A stretch of 63,341 bases of DNA, filler included, from Sminthopsis crassicaudata (GCF_048593235.1; 3 parts of 3 records of this genome joined end to end with filler, not necessarily neighbours in it), one strand, 5' to 3'; positions 36,001 through 45,516 are shown, counted from the whole stretch's first letter. Translations and numbers: made by a program. The notes: generated by a model from the letters alone, not told the origin.

Positions 36001-38479
36001 GCGCGGGCAGCCCGGCTTTCCCTCGATCTTACTGGGCCGGCAGCCAGCATTTCTCCATCTCTCCATCTCGACTCATGAGGCTGGTGTCTGAACCTGACCA
36101 AACACTGTGGTTTGTGTGACCTGTGATCACCTACACCTGTCACCAAGCCCAGGAATTGTTTCCCAAGGGATTTATAACTCAAGCGAAATGTCAGTTATAA
36201 TAAAAAGGTTCAAAACAAAAGAAATGCCCGAGGAGCCCAGAGCTGGGCAGGAGGAGTCTGAGAAAGCTCAAGAAACGCCCCAGCTGGCCCCGAGGCTCTG
36301 AGCACCGGCTTGGAACCTAGCGGGGCGGCCTCTGGCCCCGGTCCAGCTACAGGGAGAGCCAGGGAGGATCAGAAATGGGCCAGGTTCCGGTCAGAGTCCC
36401 TCAAGCCTTCCCGTTCTGTCCTCTTGCCCTCCCGCTGCTGGGTGCCCGTGCTCACACCCACACGCACGGGCAAACACGCCTCATGCGCGCTGTCCAAGGG
36501 CAAGAAGCTGGAAACGCGTGTCATGCCATGAGCAGGACGCCCTGGGACCAGGGCAGCCTCACCGCTCCAGAGGGACTCAGGGAGGACCCTCTGAGCCTGG
36601 CAAGAGCAAGCAGGCCTGGGAGCCACGCCAAGGGGAAGGAGAAGATGGGCAGGACCTGGGCCCCAAGCAACCAGCACACACGGACTTCCTGCTCGATACA
36701 AGGGGCACCGGATGGGAGGCGATCAGAGCGGCCAAATGAAAGAGTCCGTCAGGGGCCACGGGATGGCCACAATCGCCCCTGGCCCCCACGGGCAGCTGCA
36801 AACAAGCCCCGTGCCCCGCTCCGGGGCTTTCCACTCGCCAAGATCGCACGGCTGGGGCCCTGGGCATCTCCCCGGGGCCGGGGGGGGCCTCACGAGAAGC
36901 CGAGGAGCCCCCGGTGCCCGGCCCTCCGCCTGTCACCCCGGCCTACCTTGTAGTTCTGGTGGGACTCGAAGTTGGAGAGCGGGGTGTTGCAGGCCGTCGA
37001 GAAGGGCATCACCTTCACCCCACGGTAAACCAGCCCTTTGTCGTAGAGCTGCCGGAACACCCACCTGGGAAGCCAGGAAGCCGTCAGCCTCCCTGCCGGG
37101 CCCGGGCGCAGCCCCCGCGGGGGCGCCGAGCGCAGCCTCTGGGTCCCCTCCTGCAGCGTCACGCTCAGCCTGGCAAAGCGGCCCGCGGACAGCTTGGTCT
37201 GCCCTGACAAACGGGGCCCCGACAGCCTGGCCTGTCCCGCTCCGCCTGAGCCCCAAAGCAGCCCCCGACTCACCACACCGACTCCATGAACTGGGGGTAC
37301 AGGGTCTTGTAGTCATTTTCAAAGTCAATCCAGCGGCCCAGCCTGGAGACAGTGACCTGGCGAAGCGGGACGCAGAGGTCAGGGAGCGGCCCGCGGACGA
37401 TCCCGGGCCCCCGAGGAAATGCTGGGGACGCTCGCCCCGGGGAGGCTGAACTAGCCGGGGAGAGCCCCCCCGGACCGGAGCCGCGGGAGACCCGACGTCA
37501 CAACGCCAGCGGGAGGCGGAGTGGAGGAGCCCGGGGCGCGAGGGAGCACTGCGTGGGGCCCCGGGCGGGATCCCCCCTCCAGAGGCGCGCAGGCCGCCTT
37601 CTGCCCAGTGCCCGCGCCTGGCTATGGTGGGCGGGGAGTGGTGAGCGCTGAGCGGAGGCGGCGGTTTTAAAGAACGTTTTACAAACTGGGAAGGAGAGCA
37701 GGACTTTACAAAAGGAAGGGAGGCGGGCGGGGTGCAGGCAGCCCCACGGGGCACTCTGCGGGGCTCTGGCACCTTCCACTCGGCCGCGTATCTCATCACG
37801 ATGCCCCGGCACTGGCGGTTGTACTCCGCGATGCCCATCGCGGCCACGTCCTCCGGTCCCCTGATCCCCAGAGTCTTGTCGATCTCGTACTCCTGAAGCG
37901 GAAGGTGGCGGAGGCTCAGCCCGCCCGCCCCCCTCCCCCCCCAATCCTGAGACCCCTCCCCCCCCATCGGGAGGGGCCGTACCACAGGTAAGCCGTGGCA
38001 GTCCCAGCCGAATCTCCTGTCCACGTGGAAGCCGCTCTGGTGGGCGTATCTGGTGACGATGTCCTTGATGGTGCCCGCCAGGATGTGCCCGTAGTGAGGG
38101 AGCCCGGTGGCAAAGGGGGGCCCATCGTAGAAGGTGAACCTGCGGGAGCGGCGGGAGGAGGGGGCGCTGACGGTCCCTCGCAGCCCCCAGGAAAGGGGCC
38201 CGAGGCATGGATGACAGACGGCCAGGCCGGCCTGGGGCCCGCCTGGGGAACTGTGCGGGCCGGGAGGAAGGGGCCCCGACCAGAAACTTCCATGGGGGAG
38301 GGGCTGGGCCTCACGTGACCCAGGGCAGGGGGGGGGGGCGGACCCAGGGAGGACGCTCACCGAGGCCTGCCCTTGGATTGCTTCAGGCACTCTTTGAAAC
38401 AATTGAAGCGGGTCCAGAACTCCAAGATCTTCTCCTCCTCGCCGGGGAAGCTGATGGTCTCTGGGACCGGCTGGACCAT
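21093..38479 (-). CDS. IARS1: cytosolic isoleucyl-tRNA synthetase; 32 coding exons, terminal coding exon missing, one apparent +1 frameshift
   Basis: Exons in transcript order: 38361-38479 (ATG at 38479), 37983-38139 (HYGH, HIGH-like motif), 37773-37892, 37274-37356, 36947-37064, 34758-34905, 31667-31754, 31489-31549, 31024-31119, 30699-30821, 29665-29756, 29311-29409, 28942-29068, 28606-28679, 28309-28503, 27674-27760, 27109-27192 (KMSKR), 26791-26935, 26541-26661, 26348-26439, 25954-26031, 25458-25579, 24966-25068, 24756-24839, 24247-24421, 23875-23987, 23625-23721 (97 nt, extra base), 23294-23470, 22440-22545, 21979-22104, 21423-21563, 21093-21245. Phases chain consistently to about 1,234 codons once one base is removed; the translation follows human IARS1 throughout. 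Confidence 0.97.
32263..34350 (-). mobile_element. 5'-truncated degenerate L1 in an IARS1 intron, same sense as the gene
   Basis: ORF2 fragments at 32829-33086 ([17 protein letters not shown]), 33318-33545 and 34020-34250; AATAAA (minus) at 32305-32310 and an A15 tail (T run 32263-32277). Confidence 0.9.
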
Positions 38480-38554
38480 GGTGTCGCTGGGAGAGACGCG
38501 GCGGGTCACTGTCCCCTCCCCCCCCACCCCGTGGCCTCGGGCGGGCTGCTTCCC

Positions 38555-38687
38555 GCGTGTGCCAGTGACCGGGCTGTGGGGCTGCCGGCAGGCGCGGCCC
38601 CCACGCTTACGTCACTGGGCGCGTTCCTCTCGGCCCTTTCCCTCCCGGACAGCCGGACGGACACACGGCGTCCAGGAACCACGGGGC
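38555..38687 (-). ncRNA. SNORA84: box H/ACA snoRNA, SNORA84 orthologue, in IARS1 intron 1
   Basis: 133 nt hairpin-hinge-hairpin-tail: 5' stem GCCC/GGGC with CCUGGAC/GUCCGGG, H box AGAGGA at 38630-38625, 3' stem CCAGUGAC/GUCACUGG, and ACA three nt from the 3' end. The ends (GCCCCGUGGUUCCUGGA...CACAGCCCGGUCACUGGCACACGC) match my recall of human SNORA84, which is hosted by IARS1. Confidence 0.88.
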
Positions 38688-39168
38688 CGCGGCAGGCGCT
38701 CAGCAGGGGGGTGGGGGAGGGGCCGCACGCCGCCACCGCCCCTCCCCCCAGCGAGATGCACGCAGTGGGGACGGGACCCTCATCACCACCCTGGGGGCCC
38801 GCTCTCAATGCCCCCACTTCACAGAAGAGGAAACTGAGGCGGGCAGCGGGGAAGGGACCCGCCAGGACTCCATCTGGGCACCTGTGGATTCCCGAGGGGG
38901 CGGGGCCGTGACCTCACGAGCCAGGACACGCCCCCGGGCCGGCAGCGGTGCGGCCGAACGCCTCCAGGCTTCAGCTCCCCCCTCCCCCGCACGCCGAAGG
39001 GCCCTGAGGCTCCCGCTCCCTCCGGGTGAAGCGCCCCGGGCCGCGAGACGATCCCCAGGCGCCCCCAGACGCGGCCGAAGCCGGGCACGCGCCCCCACGG
39101 CCCCCCAGCCACGCGCGGAGGCTGCGCCCCCTCTCCCCCCCAGGCCGGGCAGACGCCGCAGGACTCAC

Positions 39169-39235
39169 CCTCAGAACCTCGGAGGCGGCGGTCCGGCAGA
39201 ATGATGCAAGCAGAGAAAAGCATGAGCGGAAGCGG
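39169..39235 (-). other. IARS1: IARS1 non-coding exon 1 (5' boundary approximate)
   Basis: Strong donor GG|GTGAGT at 39169/39168, located between the promoter motifs and the snoRNA-containing intron. Exon 2 acceptor at 38486 leaves 7 nt of UTR before the ATG. Confidence 0.7.
39202..39209 (+). promoter_or_regulatory. IARS1: C/EBP-ATF response element (CARE/AARE), ATF4 site
   Basis: TGATGCAA, a perfect CARE core, at the IARS1 start region. Cytosolic aminoacyl-tRNA synthetase genes are established ATF4 targets. Confidence 0.75.
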
Positions 39236-39420
39236 AAGGGCGGGTCCGGCCGGCGGCGCGGCCAATCGGCACGCAGGACAGAGGCCACCCAACAAGGCGG
39301 CGACTGATTGGCGGTACGCGTGTCCGGGCAACGGAGGACGCCGAGGGGCGGGTCCCAGCCGCCAGAGGGAGCTGAGGAGGGGCGCGAGGGAGCCCTTCCC
39401 CTGGCGACCTCCCCTCCCCC
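39210..39420 (-). promoter_or_regulatory. IARS1: IARS1 CpG-island housekeeping promoter
   Basis: Tandem ETS/GABP sites CGGAAGCGGAAG at 39227-39238, two opposed CCAAT boxes (about 39262 and 39306), GC boxes and no TATA. Confidence 0.75.
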
Positions 39421-39989
39421 CGGCCCTCTGGGCCTCAGTCTCCCATTCCAGGAAATTAGTGATCTCCATAATGACATCTCCATAAGGACGGCGCTTCTAA
39501 GTGCAGAGCTCCAGAGACCCGCCCCCCCCAGGGGCTGCTCTTATCTGGGCCTGTGCAGGCTGCAGGTGCTAAGCATTGGGCTTCCGGGGAGAGCCCCCCC
39601 CTCATGGGACTCCTCCCAGCACCCCCCCCACCCCCCACCCCCCCCCCCCCCCCCCCCCCCGCCTGCAGGCCTGGGTGACCCGACCACTGTCCCTTCACTG
39701 TCCCCCCTGAGCCCGTTCTCCTGCTGGGGCAGCCGCCAGACCTGGGCGGCTCGGGCGGGACCGCGGGCTGGGCATCCACAGCAGGCCCTCCTCCCGGTAT
39801 CCTTCCGGGCCGTGATCTTCAGGCCCGGCTCAGGCACCCCCAGCCAATGGCCCCTCCCCTTTTGTGTCCGGCCTCCTCCACCCTCCCCCAGGTTCCCAAC
39901 TCATGTAGGCTGGGGAGGCCTGGGCCTGACTGAGCAGCAGGGGGCGCTCGGGAGCTCCGCGCACATGCCAGGCAGGGACAGCACCCAGG

Positions 39990-40511
39990 CACGCCTGCAC
40001 ACGCACACACATACACACGTGCACACGCACACATTCATGCACACGCCCACATATATGCACACGCACATGTGCACACGCCCACACATACACACATGTGCAC
40101 ACGTGCACACCCGCGCACACACATATGCACACNNNNNNNNNNNNNNNNNNNNNNNNNNNNNNNNNNNNNNNNNNNNNNNNNNNNNNNNNNNNNNNNNNNN
40201 NNNNNNNNNNNNNNNNNNNNNNNNNNNNNNNNNNNNNNNNNNNNNNNNNNNNNNNNNNNNNNNNNNNNNNNNNNACAGCACACATACACATGTGCACGCA
40301 CACATTCATGCACACGCCCGTACATATACACACGTGCACGCCCGCACACACACGCCCGCACACACACGCCCGCACACACACATGCACACACGTGCATGCC
40401 CGCACGCGCACACACATATGCACACGCACACACGTGCACACCCGCACACATATGCACACGCCCGCACACGCACATACATGTGCACACATATGCACACACC
40501 AGCACATACAC
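39990..40511. repeat. alternating purine-pyrimidine (CA/CG/TA) low-complexity minisatellite interrupted by N gaps
   Basis: Degenerate CACACG/CATGCA units; gaps at 40133-40274 and 40512-40659. Confidence 0.9.
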
Positions 40512-41025
40512 NNNNNNNNNNNNNNNNNNNNNNNNNNNNNNNNNNNNNNNNNNNNNNNNNNNNNNNNNNNNNNNNNNNNNNNNNNNNNNNNNNNNNNNNN
40601 NNNNNNNNNNNNNNNNNNNNNNNNNNNNNNNNNNNNNNNNNNNNNNNNNNNNNNNNNNNACTAAAAAGCCACAAAACAGGCCACGGACACTTCTGCGGAG
40701 TTGTCAATAAATAGTCATCTTATTTACACGGAAGGCGGCCGGCCGGCCCTGCAGCCGCTGGGGTTCTGGAAAAATAAACTTTGCCTTTTGTCGGGACTCA
40801 GGACCACGTGGCGTCCCAGAGAGAAGCGGAAGCCGCCTCTGCCCGAGAGTCTGAGGACGACGCCCGGCGGGGTCTCGGGCCTGTGGGACCCGTGGTCGGA
40901 AGGACCAAGGAGGCCGCCGGGGCCCTCGGGGCGGTGCAGGGCCGGGGCCGCGTGTCCGAGGCGGGGCCCTGGTGCGGCCCCTCCGCCAGCCTTCTGGAAG
41001 CCTAGTCTAGGGAGGGCGCCGTGGC

Positions 41026-44000
41026 CTAGGGCTTGGCCTTCCTCCGGGCCGCTTTGTGCTTCTTCCGGCAGTCCTGGAGAGAGGAGAGCTGGGGGTGGGA
41101 ACCAAACCTCCAGGGAGGCGAGCTGGCCCCGGGTCACGCCAAGGGAACAGCAGAGGGGCCCTGGGCTGGCCCCTCCCCTCCCCTCCCCCCCAGGGTAGCC
41201 CCCTCCCCCTCCCCCCCCTCACCTGCAGCAGAGCCAGGGTTCTGGATTCCCAGTCTTCGCCGCTGGGCTGGCTTCCGGAGCCCTGCCAGAACGACCCAGG
41301 ACCCGCTAAGAGAAAACAGAAAACCGTTGTTTCCAGACAAGCCGCCGAGCCCCTCCCATCAAGTCAGTCCTTCCTCCCGGAGCACCCTCTGGTTCCTCAG
41401 TGCTCCCCCCTCAGGAGCCCCGGGGGTGCAGAGGTTCCCCGAGGCTCCATCCCTGGCCCCTGCTCCTGGCTCCGAAGGGGGGGAGGACTCGCTGAGTTCC
41501 AGAAGGGGTGTCCTCACTGAGGACCCGCGCGGGGCCTGGGCCAGTGAGCCGGGCTGGAGATCCTGCAGGAGGGAGCCACGGGGCGGACGTCCCCCAAACG
41601 GGGTCCATGGGGCCTCCGTGGGGTCTCCAGGATCCAAAGGGCGCAGAAAACACACACGAGGTGGGGAGAGGGGCCGGGCCGACCTCCCCAGGGGCTCTCT
41701 GACCTGAGCTCGTCCAAGGCAACACATGACGCACAGGCCTCATGCCCCCCTGCAGGCAGGACCGTGCTGTGCACATACGTGGGTGGGGCACAAGCCCAGG
41801 CACACACGCTCACACGCACCCCCCAGAGCTGGGTACGCCTCCTCTGACCTCGCTGGGAAAGAGGGAGGAAGGAAAGGGGAGGGGCGTTAGGGGACACTAA
41901 GGGAGGCCCTGGGGCTGGAGACAAGCTGGCCCCGGGGGTCGTCTCCTTCCTCGGTGGCCCGTCGGGAGGCCCCTCCACGTGGCCTGACAAGGAGGGGCCC
42001 CGCGCCCTCCTGGAGCCGGCACCCCAGCCCTCCTTACCCCGTAACCGCTCGTCGTCCTCGGAGAAAAAGAAGAACCTGCTGCTCAGAGCCTTGGACACCG
42101 GGATCTCCCTGGAGAAAGACCAAGAAGCGCGTCCTTCGGGGTGACCAGAGAGGGGCCGAGGCGGGCAGCGGGGCAGGGCCTCGGCACGCCCCCTCTGGGG
42201 TCCCACCTCGTTGGGAAGGCCTGATGGGATCCACGGCTTGGGACCCCGCCCCCAGCCCCTCCAGCGTGCGGGCCCTCACAAGGACAGAGATCAGCCTCTC
42301 CCTCACTGCCCAGAAGCCCCCCATTTCCCGGCCCTCAGATGGGCTCTTGAGCCCAACTCACTCTGGCTGGGCTGCTGCCGTGCTCCCATCTGGAGGCTGG
42401 GGCTCCTCCTCCTCCTCCTCCTCCTCTTCCTCCGAGCTGCTGTCCTGGAAACGGGGGTCCTGCTGCCAGGCCTTGCGCCCCGCTGTCTTGGTCTCAACCC
42501 TATAAGGAGCTACCACAGAAACAGCGGGGTCTCGAGGGCCGCTCGCGCTGCGCTCATGGCTCCGTGACGATCCGGGGAGTTGCCGCCTCCCTGGGGACGG
42601 GGCCTGGGGGTACCCCGGGACCTTGGGCAGGATGGTGGGGATGGCCCCTCAATCTCCCCAGGCCCTTGTGCAGATCCAGGGCTGAGCCCCTTCCTGGGGG
42701 CGGGCACTGGGGTCACCACAGGCCAAAGCAGGGCCAGGTTTTCCTCAGGACACTTGGGGTGACCGGGCTGGCGGGAGCCAGGACACACCCCCAAAGGATC
42801 TGAAATCTGGCGCCTGAGGTTCCCCCCCATGCCATCACAGGGGAAACATACTCCGCACAGCAGAGAGGGGAGCGAGCCCCTGAGGACTTGGGGCCTGAGG
42901 TGTCACCCGCCCTCCCAGGGGCACCGGGCAGAGCGCCGGCGCGCCAAGCTAAAGACCAAGAATCCCAGAACAGGCGGCTTCATGGGACATGGACGATGGA
43001 CTAGGGACCCTGGGCATGAGGGCTGAAGAAAGCCTTGGAGCGGGGAGGCCACTGCCCGAAGGGGACCCCAGGGCTGAGGGGCAGCCGGCCGCAGCGGGCA
43101 GGGGCTTGTTCTCCCTGCCCCGGAGGGGATGCGAGCAGCTGGCACCTCCCTGGCCGACTGCGCCCACAACCAGCCCGGGAGGGGGGCCCGACGATGACGC
43201 CGACATTAGAGACGGGGACCTAGCCGGCCAGTGCCGGCGGCTCGGGGGCGAGGCCAGGGCTGCCCCCCAGGGCTCTGCTTTACCTTCCTCGTGCTTCCCG
43301 ACGTCCGGGCCGAAGAAGGAGAAGGTGAACTCGCCGGAGCCGGGCGGGGGGCCGGCCGTCTCCCCCACCTCGGGAGTCTCGCTGCCAGGGCTGCCGGCTC
43401 CCGCCTCCGGCTCTGGCTCCGGGGCCCGGAATCGCTCCTTGAGGTCGGCGGCGATGCTGTAGTACTGGTCCTTGGAGACGGCGGGCAGCGCCTCGGCCTC
43501 GGCCCGTTTCTTCCTGCGTTTGGCTTTGCTGCAGAGGAGGAGGGAGACAAAGGGTCTGAGGGTGGAGACCGAGACGGAGAGCCCACCTCACGGGAACGTC
43601 CCACGCCATGTTCTCGGCAAGGGGAAGGAGGCTCTCGAGGGGCCCCGGGAGGTGGCCACGGAGCGCCAGTGAGCAGCTCCTGGGTGCCAGGTGCCAGGGA
43701 AGCCAAGTGCAGCAGGGGCGGCCCCCACCGGCAAGGGGCGGACCATCCAGTGGGGAAAACACGCGGACGAGTCTGCCTGGAGCAGCTGTGGACCGCGTAG
43801 ACAGGAGGAGGTCCCGGAGGCTCCTTGACAGCTAAGGCCACTCGCCCTGAGAGGCCGCAGTCAGGCCCTCTCCCTTGGGGATAGCGCAAGCCCCCCAATC
43901 GAGGGACGCGTGAGACAAGAGGAGCCCCGGGCGCTCACCTCTCCTTTTCCTCGGGCTCGGCTTTCCTCTCGAACGTGGCGTGGTCCAGCCTCGTTGGGTC

Positions 44001-44302
44001 ATAGCGTACGACGTTCCTATGGCCAAGAGCAGAGGGTCAGGGGCGAGCCCGGAGGGGCGGGGCGGCCCCGTGGCCCTCCAGCCTGCGGAGGCCCCCGCCC
44101 AGCACCCCGGTTTCCCCTTTGGGCCCTCGCTCGGGAGCCGCGCGCTTGGGGAGCCCCCACCTGAAGCGCCTGGAGGCCGCTTCCTCTCGGCTGGGTTTCG
44201 GAGCCTGCTGGCCCACGTGCAGGATGTTCCTGAGCAGCTCCAGGTTCTTCCTCTTCTCTGCCACGAGCTCCTCCTCCTCAGCTGTCGGAGCCTCTTTGAG
44301 CT
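41026..44302 (-). CDS. NOL8: nucleolar protein 8, last 7 coding exons (5' part lies beyond the linker)
   Basis: Exons 44161-44302 (TAEEEELVAEKRKNL), 43939-44016 (YDPTRLDHATFERK), 43284-43528 (KAKRRKKR...YYSIAADLKE...FTFSFF), 42362-42509 (YRVET...WQQDPRFQDSSSEE), 42038-42108 (RFFFFSEDDERL), 41223-41305 (FWQG...WESRT) and 41026-41073 (DCRKKHKAARRKAKP, TAG). GT-AG with consistent phases; NOL8 upstream of IARS1 on the same strand matches human gene order. Confidence 0.93.
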
Positions 44303-45019
44303 CTTGGGAGCCAAGAGTCCATATGTGAGAAGCTGCCCTCTGAGCAGGACCCCGACAGAGCCCCCACGCCCCGTCTTTAGCTTTCTTAGAGGCCCCCCAC
44401 GGTGCCCCCTCAGCTGCCCTCCAATGTGCCCCGCGTGGCTGGGCTTTCTCCCCCCCCCCGGCCAGTGCCTGGCACCCAGCAAGCACCAGAGCCAGCTGGC
44501 GACGCTAAAGCTTGAAACCTAGAGTGGGGGCCAGCTGCGGGGTTCCACAGAGGCAGGGGGCCCCGAGCCTTCAGCGGCCCCGGGCCCCGCTTCCTCCTCT
44601 CTAAGGGGCTAAGCTCCCTCGATGACGGGGGCGCCAGAGCGGCCCTGTAACAGAACACGGCTGTGCTGCGAAGAACGCTGAGCAGGTGGGCTCAGAAAAA
44701 CCCGGGCAGCCCCCGGGAGCAGCAGCAGCACGGAGCGCGCGGTCACAGCTGCCCGTGGCAGTCAGCTCCTCTCCACGCTGCGATGGACTGAGGCACTCCC
44801 GAAGAGCCCAGAGAGCCGCCCGAGGCCGCAGATCCCAGCAGCCCCCGCGCCCCCGCTTTTGCCGGGCTTCGGCTTGGTGACACGTGCACGCGGATGTTTG
44901 CTTTGCACGAGCGCGAGCGCGAGGGGGCGGGGAGGAAGGAGAGCATTTGGAACTTCAAGTTCTAAACGTGTCCTAAAAGTGGTTTCTGTGTGTGATTGTC
45001 AAAAACGCATTAAACTTTC

Positions 45020-45166
45020 CTTTTTTTCTTTTATCTGAGGCTGGGGTTACGCGACTCGCCCAGGGTCCCACAGCCGGGAAGTGCTAAGTGTCTGAGACCA
45101 GATCCGAACTCGGGTCCTCCTGAATTCAGGGCTGGTGCTCTCTCCACTGTGCCCCCTAGCGGCCCC
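45020..45166 (-). mobile_element. WSINE1-like SINE with GC-shifted sequence
   Basis: Reverse complement GGGGCCGCTAGGGGGCACAGTGGAGAGAGCACCAGCCCTGAATTCAGGAGGACCCGAGTTCGGATC...GTAACCCC plus an A-rich tail. Confidence 0.85.
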
Positions 45167-45416
45167 AACGTATTAAATTTTAAAATAAATAAATGAATGT
45201 TAAAAAAAAGTCTTTACAAGTAATAAGGAAAAAAGATACTGTTTAGAGAAAGAGAAAGGCCGTTTGAGGGAGAGCCCCCAGGCCGCGCGGCCCTCCCCAG
45301 TGTCCACCCCCCTCTAGGGTGCTCCACACTGAGTGAGGGCCAAACTGAGGGGTACCCCGCTCCCCTCCTGCTCCGTGCCCGCGGCTGTCCTGAGAGCTAA
45401 TTGCACCCCAGCCACA

Positions 45417-45516
45417 NNNNNNNNNNNNNNNNNNNNNNNNNNNNNNNNNNNNNNNNNNNNTTAATTAATTAANNNNNNNNNNNNNNNNNNNNNNNNNNNN
45501 NNNNNNNNNNNNNNNN
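45417..45516. other. artificial scaffold linker (44 N + TTAATTAATTAA + 44 N)
   Basis: Identical to 20192-20291. Confidence 0.95.

Noticed and set aside
16968-38479. GFAP-IARS1 fusion or novel synteny
   Set aside because: The genes are on opposite strands, separated by the artificial linker, and both are truncated at it.
44680-44950. Promoter-like cluster (CACGTG, GGGGCGGGG) inside a NOL8 intron
   Set aside because: Such motifs are expected by chance in DNA this GC-rich, and no linked exon or donor was identified.
20292-45416. The many long overlapping ORFs (e.g. 36933-38402, 39308-40714, 28363-29499) as novel genes
   Set aside because: They are exon-plus-intron read-throughs, antisense shadows or low-complexity translations; stop codons are rare at about 70% GC.
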